The notes beneath the pieces were generated by a model. That model worked only from the letters and a program-made list of their open reading frames with translations. It did not search any database and had not been told where the DNA came from. Position numbers and translations under genes: made by a program. A stretch of 64,000 nt of DNA from assembly GCA_032718475.1 (NCBI GenBank), contig JAUCBJ010008532.1, forward strand, positions 17,608-81,607, given 5' to 3'. This document shows positions 1-11,700 of the stretch, in pieces (the stretch's first letter is position 1; every line of letters begins with the position of its first letter). The stretch comes from Nemertoderma westbladi (taxonomy: Eukaryota > Animalia > Xenacoelomorpha).

Positions 1-69
1 AATTCAGTAATTGCGTTTTACGAAATTACCTTTATATCAATAATTAATATGGAGATTTTCATATTTTAG

Positions 70-196
70 GAACTTTATTTACCCCCGCGAATGCTGCGAA
101 ATGGAGATAAACTACCGAACATCCCAGATTTTACGAAAACAGAAAACATAGCCACAGCTGCGATAGAACTTGTTGATAAAATGAATAAGTTTTCAG
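70..196 (+). CDS. Candidate internal exon of an unidentified gene entering from the left
   Basis: ttttag acceptor, CAG|gtaata donor; only one frame is open (ELYLPPRMLRNGDKLPNIPDFTKTENIATAAIELVDKMNKFS), ending in phase 1. No homology recognised. Confidence 0.35.
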
Positions 197-771
197 GTAA
201 TACTCTATTTGTATCAAAATTATAAAACAAAATATTAGAAATTACAAATGTCATATTTAAATAATATTGGTAATATCGTCCAATTTTCATTTCCAAGACA
301 ACTAGAACCTTAATGAATATGTTTATCAAGTATTCGTAAACTGATTCATACTGCTTCCTTAGTCGAGGACGGCGACAGTTCCAGAATTTCGTTTTATATT
401 CGTTTGTTTTCAATTATTACTAATTAACTTACAGGGTATTTATGATTATTATTATTTTTGGAGGTCGCCAGAGAAACACGGTAGGATCGAACTGCCGACC
501 TCCACTTTGCATGTCTGACGCTCTGCCTATGTGGCCCTGGAATTACTGTACAACCGGATATGTTCAATGTCAGCTACTGTATTTACGTTCTTATCTCATT
601 CCAACAGTATAATTATTAATCACATGCCGCCACTTTTCTTAACTTTAGCTATATCTGTACTGTCAATCATAGTATGATTGATACATCGCCCAAGTTCTTT
701 AAGAGTCCTGGCGGTAACAGTAACGTACTGTAGTTTAAATTGTATTAATAGATTCTATTTTGCACCGGTAG

Positions 772-929
772 ATGGCGGTTTACTTTCGATTTGGAAAGAT
801 TTGATGTGCTCATGGCAGAGCAGAGAGGTTGGATTCAAATTGATGAATGATCTCTTTGGGAACAACAAAGAAGTTCTAAAGGATCTCGTATTGTTGGCTG
901 GAACAATAATCAAAACATGTCTCATATGA
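772..929 (+). CDS. Candidate terminal exon of the same unidentified gene
   Basis: Acceptor ...tttgcaccggtag; phase-1 join with exon 70-196 stays open (DGGLLSIWKDL...IIKTCLI*). No homology recognised. Confidence 0.28.
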
Positions 930-1934
930 TCTGAAGATATTAGTGAAATGGCGGTGGGTGTGGGGATGGGATTATATATCTCGATCAGCCAAAGTATTAT
1001 CGAACGGGTTAATAATAATAATAATATTTATTTATAACGCGCAACACAACAGATCCAAATTGACATTGGCTTTAAAATTGTATAAGTCGCATCACAAATA
1101 AAGATTCACCGATAAAAAATAATGAAGGTCTTGAGGATTAAACGAGTTTTGTTTGTATTCAGTATATTATACTGTACATTTAAAATGTACATACAGTAAT
1201 TAGACAGTATTATGATGATTTTCAATTAAAAAATTGGAAGAATGTCAAGACCATTGAGTAAAATTTCAAACAATTTGGTTAAAAAATGACGGAAACGTCG
1301 TGGTCAAAAACGAGAAATAAAAATTCCAAGTAGGCCTATAATGCATTTAAATTCCAATCTTCCCGCGCTAAATTTTCGGTCTCTATACTATACATGTATG
1401 TCTTTTAATATGTAATAATTATTAATAGTAATTTTGTATGTTAATAAGGATGCACATTCTGTAGCTGATCTAGATTTTCGTGGTCGGTGATTTCATGCTT
1501 GGCAAACACTAGTCTATCTTTCTGCTGTCTGTCGGTCGGTCTGATGTCTCTGCCTGTTGGTATGCCTGTCAACATGGTACTGCACTGTACTGTATAATAC
1601 GAGGTCGCTGATTTAATTTCCGATGTCAATTTTGATATTTGACAAATTCTAGTCTCTCTATCTTTCATGAAACACATTTTTTCGGAAACATAATGTTAAT
1701 TTGATTGAAATGAAAACATGCCATAGTTAAATCTTAAATCGCGATCCAAAACGAAACATGATGAAACGTAATAACGTAATAACTTCATATTCGGATTTGA
1801 ATTCTGCATTACAATCAAACAAAAAGTTTCTTGCTGTTTTTGGCCTAAAAATGTGAACGACCTCATCCCTTACTCTTAATTATTTTTAATGGCAACCCCC
1901 GGTGACGCGCTTTCTCATTTTTTCCATCACGGGT

Positions 1935-2340
1935 TAACATGATTTAAAAGTTGTCTTCCAAACCAGCTGTAGGCTATCCTCCCTTTTCCCGTATACAAGG
2001 ATCAGATTCCTGAACACATACGGTCGGGTGTTGTGTACCATTATAATTATGGAAGCTGCGATGCTTCTTACGTTGGACGCACTGTACGCCACCTGGCTAA
2101 ACGTGTTGAGGAACACACTGGCTTTCTGTACAACTCCGGAAAATTCTCCCGCCGAAAAAATTCTTCTATCTTTGAACACTCCTCCACCGCCGATCATCCC
2201 ACGTTAAAAGAAAATTTCAGCATCTTATCAACATCCCGTAACCTGCGCGAACTTCTCATTAAAGATACTTTGTTCATTAGGAAACTTCGCCCCACTTTAA
2301 ATGACCAAACCACTTCAACTTTCCTTTCCCTACTGTACTT
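1935..2340 (+). mobile_element. Penelope-like element 3' fragment (GIY-YIG endonuclease)
   Basis: GVVYHY..SCDASYVGRTVRHLAKRVEEH..SSIFEH..FSIL..LFIRKLRPTLN is typical of the PLE endonuclease C-terminus; no RT present. Confidence 0.85.
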
Positions 2341-2519
2341 CCCTGATACTGTATATCCCCCCCCCCCCCGCCCCTACCCCACGTACTGCCTTATTCGTGT
2401 ACCGGTAGGTCCTGACCTTCTTACTGGACTGTCTTATACTATCCGCTCTGTTGTTCATGTGGTACTGTACACGCCTTCCATATTCAAGATTCCCCGTACT
2501 TACAGTAGTTGCAATTTAA

Positions 2520-3610
2520 GCCTCATGCGAATTTAGTTCCAATGGAAACGAATTTAGTTCCAATTTTGGCGAATTTAGTTCCAATTTAGGCGAACTTAGT
2601 TCCAATAACTGGAGAAAAACAAAAACGAATTTAGTTCCAATTGATGCGAATTTAGTTCCAATGGATGCGAACTTAGTTCCAATGGATGCGAATTTAGTTC
2701 CAATGGATGCGAACTTAGTTCCAATGGAAACGAATTTAGTTCCAAAGGGGCGAGCCACGTAGTTGGCGAATAATCTGTTTAATGACACTATTAAGAGGTT
2801 GGTTAAACAATAATTGTAAATAACTAACCCAAAACGGCCAACCTCCTAACGAAAACAATTTTATCCCAAACAACGCCCAAGCTCATAACCCAAACTACGC
2901 CCAACCTCCTAACCCAAACAACGCCCATCCACCTAAACCGAAACAACTAGTAAATATTGTATTTGGTGTGGTAAATGGCACAATGTGCATGACTTGAGTA
3001 TATAATACTACAGACTCAGTCAGTCAGTCTCAGTACACTCGTGATTAATATATAATTCAAAATGTGTAATTATACATTTAATAATAATTCGTTTTTTATA
3101 AATGACGGAATGGTTTTACAATTATTTACAATTATTATTGAGCCTGACCCACCCCAAATACTGGCAATACGCAATAGGCTTCGCCTACTACGTGGCTATC
3201 CCCACGATTGAAACTTTGAAACTAAGTTCGTACCCATTGGAACTAAATTCGCTTCCATTGGAACTAAATTCGCACCCATTGGAAATAAATTCGCTTCCAT
3301 TGGAACTAAATTCGCTTCCATTGGAACTAAATTCGCTTCCATTGGAACTAAATTCGCTTCCATTGGAACTAAATTCGCTTCCATTGGAACTAAATTCGCT
3401 TCCATTGGAACTAAATTCGCTTCCATTGGAACTAAATTCGCTTCCATTGGTTCGTTTTGATATTCTGGGATTGGAACTAAGTTCGCCTCGATTGGAACTA
3501 AGTTCGCTTTGTAAAATTTATTTTGGAACTAAATTCGTTTCAATTGGAACTAAGTTCGCCTTTGAAAATGTGCGATTGGAACTAAGTTCGTGCTACCATA
3601 GGGCCTATTA
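2520..3610. repeat. Foldback-like non-coding element: two inverted arrays of a 21-bp unit
   Basis: GCGAATTTAGTTCCAATGGAT repeats at about 2527-2745 and the reverse complement (CCATTGGAACTAAATTCGCTT) at about 3218-3590, with a spacer between. Confidence 0.85.
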
Positions 3611-5844
3611 AATTACTGTACAACCTTTTTTGCACACTAGCAACACCCGTTATTTGGTAAATTGTTTTTTTGTATTGTTATTGCAATCTTCACCAGCCTT
3701 ATTATTCTATTTTGTATTTAGTGCCGGTACTGTCTTTCACTAATTTTCAGGTATTTGTTTTTGCTTTTACAATGATTATTGTTAAATAAACCGAAACGTC
3801 AGCTGTTTTTTATAATCTTGATTTCTCAAATCATGAGGTTTAAGTTATTTGCGATTTTTATTGTTTCCTTTTATATAGTATGTTGTCTCATCCCAATAAA
3901 CATCACATTATTTACCGTATATTATGAAGAAAAGAGTGCGATAAAAAGAATCTTAGTAAATACAGTAGGCCTACTACTGTATGTGTTTATAGAAAGAAAC
4001 AGAAATGAGACTGAAAAACTACACATTTATATTTCATTACATATTCAATTTACCCAATACCCAAGCCAATTAAAATAATATTATAATTATATTAATTTTC
4101 ATTTCGAATTTTATTATAAGATAATTTGTAACTTATTTATTTAAATGAGAAAGTTTAGCGGCGCGAAAATTATAAAAATAAATAATTATAATAGGAGTTT
4201 AATGTACAATGAACTGTACGCACATATATTATTATTCTAAAACTTTATATCATAAAGTCTTACACTGCTTGACAATCTAAAAACAAGGGCAACTACTAAT
4301 ACTGTTAAAATATTATAATAAAATTTACGTATAATATCTTTATTAACGTACTTCATGGCGTAGGCCTACTACACAGTAGTTAAATTAAATGCAAAAGATT
4401 TCAGTTTGATTTGATTTTAATTGCCAAAGGTGGTCGGGGGGGGGGGGGGGGGGGGTAGTGTCACAGGGCGTCAAATCGAATTTTGGTTTATGTTGAGTAG
4501 CAACATCACAGTCTGTAATACAGCAATACAGCGCGGTGGTCACTGAATTAACATCATCACTAATCGAAACGAAAGGGGAAAGTATTTTTATATGTTAAAA
4601 GATGAATACCTGATCGGCCTACTGACTTGATACCGGTACTACCGGTACAGGTATACAACTTTGGTGATGATCCTAAACTGTCTGACCTGAATGTAGTGCG
4701 AGTGCAAGATACAGTTTGTGCGAGTAGTGCCTGGAAAGCACCAATATCGAGACGTTTGGGAAATTCCTCAAACAGAAATGTTTTATGGTAAATGTTTATT
4801 TTCGGAAAACGTCAGATCCGAAGTCAGGGAGTAGCAGTTTGTGAGGAAGGAAGCATAATGAAACTGTTTTGAGTTTATGTTAATGTACCGGTAGATCAGT
4901 AGGCTACTTTAGCATTCATTTAAAGTAGTAAAAGTAAGTAGTGATCAGAATATTTTATTGAAATGTAACTCTACCAGCCTACACAGATACCGTAATGAGT
5001 GACTACTGTATGAGCAGGAGCTGCCTACTGGAGATGAAAATGTTTCAAGGTTAGTTTTTCAAGAGTTATTTTTGTTTTAATAATTCGTACTATACTGTCG
5101 AGACAGGGGAGAAACTGGTTTAAATTATCAATTTAGAAAAAGGAGCAGGTTACTGTGGTTATTCTAACCAAAACAATAAACGAAACTCAATATAAGAGGT
5201 TACAATTTTATACTGTATTTGGGAGTAATCAGCTGTTATTTGCGTCGATTTTCCCCTGGAAAGAGATTAATTTTTATTGCTGCGAAAGTCCGCCCTTATC
5301 TGACTTTGTCACAGTAAACCACTAAAGAAAGGTCAAAAAAGATATTGTTGCTACTGTAATCTTATTGCTATATTTAGTAAATTGTAAATAAATATTACAC
5401 TATTGTACAAATAGTTATTATAGAATTACAGTACATAGATAAGATGACGATTCTGCATAAAGGCTGAGAGTCAATAGTTATACTGGAAGATGCAAACAAC
5501 AACAAAATATTAATAAATCAGTCAATGTCAGTAAGTTCGTATGAAAGAAAGGCATCAACTCTCTCCATTATAATAAATTATAAAAAGGTTAATTTCTAGT
5601 TTAAACAATGACAATGTTTGCAAAATAAACGTCGTAAAAAACAACCCGATATAACAATACAGTATACTGTATATCGCGTCCCAAAGTGGCGAGCTTAAAT
5701 AGCCGCGAATATAGCTAAACCTCGGAAAAACAGTGCGAACTTTATTGCCACTGGAGCACACCGGGTAAAATATAAAAGATATTTTCGTATTTACATTAAG
5801 TTTCGCCCAAATTCTATCGGCGTAATCGAATCAATAGAGTCCCG

Positions 5845-6054
5845 TTATATACATTTGTGTTCTTTCTGCGTCCGCGTGCAGGTCTGACATTCAACCTCGC
5901 AACACCACTTGAAAACGCATTTGCACCGTTCTTGTACTGTGACTGTGTGTTCTGTATGGCCCCTACCGCAGCACAAATGATCGCAGGCGTCATTCTGTGA
6001 AACTGCAGTTCCTGTGCCGTTGCAAGTTCTTCCAACAGTTCCCAGGTAAGTTTT
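5845..6054 (-). CDS. WNT1: Wnt ligand, last coding exon (Wnt1-like)
   Basis: Acceptor ttttatcactatag; 70 codons KTYLGTVGRTCNGTG...ACDHLCCGRGHTEHTVTVQERCKCVFKWCCEVECQTCTRTQKEHKCI*, the canonical Wnt C-terminal cysteine pattern. Family call is secure; subfamily is by resemblance only. Confidence 0.93.
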   Translation of the reverse strand, partial: KTYLGTVGRTCNGTGTAVSQNDACDHLCCGRGHTEHTVTVQERCKCVFKWCCEVECQTCTRTQKEHKCI

Positions 6055-6527
6055 CTATAGTGATAAAATAAAGTTAGGAGCGTGTAGTTAGGAATAATAA
6101 TAATAATTTTTTGCATAAATAATAGTCCTAGAAGTTGATTCTGAAAAACAATTGTTCTGTAAAAAAAAACTTTCCTTTCTTAAAAAAACTTTTCTGTATC
6201 ATTTTTACAAATTTTTTGGTAAACTTTAATACACCTAAAAAGTAAAAAAAGTGTCCCAATTCAAAAAGTAAAAGACGAATGAAGCAAGAAACAGATGACA
6301 TTACCTCACGATCTATCTGTCTGTAGGCAGTTACCGGTACTGCAAAAGCCATATGGTCTGGCTTAATGGGTACCTGGGCTTCTGGTAGTGAAGTAAAATG
6401 GAGGATTAGATCGTGATGAGTGTGCCAACGATTCGAGTAAGACTGCTCCAAGCAAGCTAGGTAAAGCCATCAATTGTTTTCATACGAATAAATTTTATTT
6501 AATGTTAAATATTTTGGTTAAAATTAC

Positions 6528-6695
6528 CTTTTTGTCACGATCGCAGAAATCGGAACTGCTATCGAAGTAAACGAGTCCTTGTCTGGAGGGAGGTGAATCG
6601 AAGTTGCTAATCGGCTGTAGTTGGACGTGCCGAGGACGAAGGGTACCGGTAGACGCAGCTGTGTTACCCATTCTCACATGGGAAGCTGACTGGAA
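6528..6695 (-). CDS. WNT1: Wnt ligand, penultimate coding exon (Wnt1-like)
   Basis: ttgcag acceptor and AAG|gtaatt donor; FQSASHVRMGN...VQLQPISNFDSPPSRQGLVYFDSSSDFCDRDKK splices in phase 0 to the last exon and resembles Wnt1 (GASRV..GN..L.P..PP..DLVYFE.S..FC). Confidence 0.9.
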
Positions 6696-6728
6696 CTGCA
6701 AGTAGAAAATCAAAATTACAAAATCAAA

Positions 6729-7569
6729 TGTTGTTGTGTTCCCATTTTCGCCATAACACCGGCTTTTTGGGAAGAACTCTAGTAAAACTGCTTAAATTAT
6801 CGAAAGTATAAACTGTTACCTCACTCATCAAATCTAACTATCGATCAATCTAATCAATCAACTTAACTATTAATCATATTGTTTGTACTGTTATTTACTG
6901 TCAGTTATTAATTGTACCTATTTGTTGATGGAAATATTGCTCTTTGGATAATACGGATAAATCACCCAAATTTCCCAATTTTCTTGATACACTACAGGTT
7001 AGAGAGACCGGCTATACATAACAATTGCGATTTATATTAATGTGGTGTGTATTGAATCCAATGTTATTTAGCAGACCCTACGTGAGTCAATTGCTGCTCT
7101 CTTTATGTGTGATCAAATATACTGACGGTCGGCAGAATAGTGTGTATGATTGTGATTGGTAACAAAGTATTTCCTAAAGAATACGCTTTATACTTTAATC
7201 ATAAGCAGTATCGTTGCGTTTTAGTATAAGTCTTAGTTCTGTTTAAATAGATAAAGCGCCACGTCCTAAAGGAACTGTTAATATTTCCCGAAAGCCAATA
7301 ATATCTGTCAGAAATTAATTATTAACGATCTATCGAATAATACAGTAAGTTTACACTGCAACCTTACACTGCAATAATACAATTTAAGCATCCGAATTCA
7401 GTCTCCCGGGTGTAGATCCATCAGGTGAATGATCGCGCATGGGCAGACTTCGGCTAGTGTTTTGCGTATTAGCATAAAATATTGTCGTATGCTAAAGTGG
7501 TTTTAATTAACTAAAAGACATATAAATTTTGGCAGGTTAAACTGCTAAAGGTCTTCAAAAGCGCGAACA
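6729..7569 (+). repeat. 5' LTR (lacking about the first 364 bp)
   Basis: Aligns with 16230-17060 with scattered substitutions and indels; no counterpart to 15866-16229. Confidence 0.85.
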
Positions 7570-8705
7570 GTAACAGTTTATAATCTTATTGCAGTAGGCA
7601 ATAAGGTTGCAAAATACCGTAGTGACTGGTAAAACTGAACCGGTGCTTCTGTAGGTCAGTAGGCCTAACTGTCATCACCGGTACTGGTACTGCTGTACAA
7701 GTACATTTAGTATTATTCGATTTTGATTATTGTATACCGGTAGGCTGTTTAAGAGATTAGGGACTGTACGTACACCCCTTGTTTCTTTTGGAGCTTACTT
7801 ATTTCTGTCGGTTTTATTTCCTAGTAAGTTAATATTGAGCTGAAGACGTGTAAGTCTGCTCAGATTGTTCAAATAATTGTAGGCTGAACTGCTGTCTGAC
7901 TGTGTTGAGTTTGGAGAGATTACGGCGTGTGTAGAGTTTGTCTGATAAAGTGCCGTTAGTAAGTTGGGGCAGCCATATGCGGTAAGGTCAATCCCCTCTT
8001 AAAGAATAAGTCGTACTACCGTGTTAGAACGCATACTAACTAACAGTTTCAGAGTCTGCATATACTGTAGTTTATTTAGGCTTGATCGTAGTCTGCCAGT
8101 GTTTTAGCCTGTGTTTGTTTGTGTAGTCTGTTCAGATACCGTAATAGTTATTACTCAGATATTTTGTAGGCTAGATTGTTGTCTAGCTATTTTTAGGTCT
8201 GAAGGGATTGCTGCGTGTGTAGAGTTGGTCTGATAAAGTGCCGTTAGTAAGTTGGGGCAGCCATAAGCTAACCCTAAAATATTCAGAAATTCAATTATTC
8301 TAAAAATAATTGATAATTGACATACCGGTATTTACCATAGGCTTATTATATTTATTTCTATAAATTTGAGCTGAAATCATACCGGTACTCTGTAATTAAT
8401 TCTAGTAATAATTATACTTATATATACTATAAGTGTCAGCTGTATACCGGTATTCACGATAGGCCTATTATATATTTATATATATTTGTGCTAAATTTAT
8501 ATACCGGTACTCTGTGACAAATCTAGTCTGTAATCATACTTATATATATATTATAAGCATACCGGTATTCTAATATATTATATATATATCACGCTACACT
8601 GAGCAGCAGTATCGGCAATTAATTATTAGGCTAACGGTGATACTGAATTACTAGACTTACTTTGACTGTATTTGTAGCCGTAGGCATTCAACTGTGTAAA
8701 CAAAC

Positions 8706-11700
8706 ATGGCTGACACAAGGCAAACTCTGTCAGATAGTCTCCTAGAAACAACAGACTGTTTCTCAGATCAAAGTGTAGAGAATCCCAGACCGAGGTCTGA
8801 AACCCCTCATACTGTAAGAAGGGCAACCCCTGCAGTGGTTGTATCAGAACCTAGGTTGGTAGAAGCGATTTCGCATTTTGCGAAGTTAGTGAAGCGCCGT
8901 TGGTCTGCCATAGGCACTCGGGCCCAAGTCAAGCGGGATCAAGAAGAAGCTATAAAACAGCAGCAACCTCCTAGCCAAGAACCTAGTTCTCAGCGGCCCG
9001 ATAGCTCCAGTAGTTCGGATACTGTTGAGCGGACGCCCGAACGCGGAGCGAAGATGGCGGATATGGTTTATGATGAGCGGCCAACCTATGAAGAATCAAC
9101 CGACGCCACTTCTTCTCAAGTGGAAAGCGAGGTGGAAAGCGAAGTGGAAAGCGAATTAACAGCAGCAGAGAAGCCGCGAACTAGAGACGCCATTGACATA
9201 TATCTGTCAGACTATCAGCGATTCATAGGAGACGAAGAGTTGAGGAGACGACTGTCTGGACTTCGCCCTAATAGTGAAGGAACCAAGCTTGTGTTGGACG
9301 CAATCGATGCGGAAATGTTAGCTGCAGAACAAGCTAAACGTGATGAAAAACTCCGCCTCGTTAGAGTCCAAGAAGAACAAATAAAGAAAAGAAGGATAGA
9401 GGAACAAAAGGCGGCGGCTATGGCGGCGGCTATGGCAGATGCAGAAGCAGAAAGAAAAGCAGCAACGGCGGTGGCTATGGCAGATGCAGAAGCAGAAAGA
9501 AAAGCAGCAACGGCGGTGGCTATGGCAGATGCAGAAGCAGAAAGAAAAGCAGCAAAGGCGGTAGCAAAGGCAGTGGCAGAAGCAGAAAGGAGAGCATCTG
9601 AGCAGACTACCCAACTGGAGTTGGAGAATCTGCAAGAGACACAAGACAGTATAAATAAACAGTTTACTGCTAATCAAATGCAGATGATGAGAAAATCTAC
9701 TCCCAAGCGCCAGGGATACACATCCTCGGAGGAAGGCGATACTACCGATCCTGAAGGCGGAGGAAATAGATCTCATCTAAGTAGGCGTAGAAAAACATAT
9801 TACCGTCGCAAATTGCCTGATTTGCCCCCAGCTGTTAAAAGACAGCTAACTAGCACAGATTTAGGTAGTGCAGAACCCATAGAACAATTTATCCAGGTCA
9901 AAAGACTCCCTACTATAGTCGATGAACCTGAAATAATTAGGCCTGTAGTTCCCAAAGTCACTTCTGTGCTAGAGACCCCTACACTTCCAGAGCTTAACTC
10001 TAAATTCCCTTTACATAGCACTACACTGCCTGTACCCGGTGGAACAGTCCATGCAAATACCCCTGTCCAGATAGCAGAGAGAGAAATCAATAATTTGTCT
10101 CCCGTCGTCCCGCGTCAGCCCGCTACTATGTTGGCGACTCCCGCTTCGGCGGTTGAGTGGGTGGAAGAGGGACGGCGGGGGATGAATCTCCTGCTGGGAC
10201 AGATGCAGGAGACTGTCCACCAACTTAAGGGAACAGTGAGGGAAGGTAGAGCAGAGTTGCAAGAAGTGCAGCAAAGTATCGCGCTAGAACGCGACAAATT
10301 AGTCAATATACAAAAAGGCATACCAATACCTCCTGTAACATTGTGTCAACCTGTTAGGTCTGAAGTACTACATGCGCAAGGTGTGGAGCCTACACGCATC
10401 TATACTGCTAGTGAAGTTGAAACTCCTATAGCAAACCCTATTAAGGGTGATTATAGACCTGTTATTAATGATATTCCCTATAGACCTGATAATGATCCGA
10501 GAAATTTATATACCGATAATTCGATATTAAATAACACGATGGTCCAAGAAAGCTTTACGCGTCAGATGGCTAGAACAGAAGCCCGCCAAGCGGTCAAAGT
10601 GGGAGAGATCGTCAAATTCAATGGAGATGAGATGAAATGGTTACCTTTCAATGAATATTACAAAGATAGCATACAGAACTCTGTACTATCTAACGGAGAG
10701 AAACTTAGATTCCTCATCAAGTGCTTGGAAGGACCTCCCAAGTTAATGGCGTTAAAGTTTATTGGACATCCAGATGGATTAAGACAAGTTTGGGATACAC
10801 TAAACATCAGGTATGGTAACAAGGATAACATAGCTAAGTATTTGTATGCAAAATTAGTAGCCCCCCGACACTTCCTTAGTAGCGAGATTATAGAGTTTTC
10901 CGATGAAATTCAAGAGATCTGTAGACAACTGGACTGGTTAGGTAAGTCGCATGAATATCAGAGTTCCATGGTTATTGGAGCCGTAGTCTCTACTTTACCA
11001 AAGGGTGGAGTATGTACACGCTGGGACAAGAAAGTGTTGTACATGAATGAACAACAACGACGAAGTCCTACCATGGCTGATCTCATGTCTTTCTTAGATA
11101 GTGAAGTAAAATTACAACTCATAAGGCAGTCCAGAGAGAAAACATCGGAAAATAAGGTAAGTGAGAAACCCGTTTCTAGGAGAAGGATAATACCAGTGTG
11201 TTATACTGACGACGGCGAAAGCCAAGCTTCTCAAGAAGAGGACAGCGGGAAAGACACAGCAAAATCTTACTATGACAACAAGACCTATAAAGACGTAAGT
11301 AAATACAAGTCTCGAACCAGTGACAGGAGAGAACAGGTAACAACAACTCCTCCTACGTCTCCTAAGAGAATTCACGGAAGAAAGCCCGAAGAAAGAACGA
11401 GAGTGCAGAACGTTAACCAAGTTAAGGTGAGTAACATCAAACCAAAATGTGCGCTGTGCGACGGGCCCCACCGTTTGAGTGCGTGTGCTGAATTTCTAAA
11501 GAAATCCCCTGTAGACAGACGTACAGTCCTGTGGAATAAGCGGCTATGCTATAATTGCCTCAGATCAGGACACCAACGGCGAACCTGTTACTCCGACGTA
11601 AAGTGTGCAAAGTGTGGCGCGAAACATCACATCTTGTTACACAGTGAGTTCGAACGAGACAACCCGAGTCAGGTAAGTGAGCCCGAACTACATGTCCAAT

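Noticed and set aside
3102-3611. ORFs with LPLELNS / MEANLVP repeats (also 2516-2788)
   Set aside because: Translation artefacts of a 21-bp minisatellite.
5814-6116. 100-aa ORF from the supplied track
   Set aside because: Wrong frame; the real product is the Wnt exon 5845-6054.
9318-11471. Antisense ORFs within BEL, Copia, LINE and GPCR coding regions
   Set aside because: Shadow frames of real ORFs with no recognisable domains.
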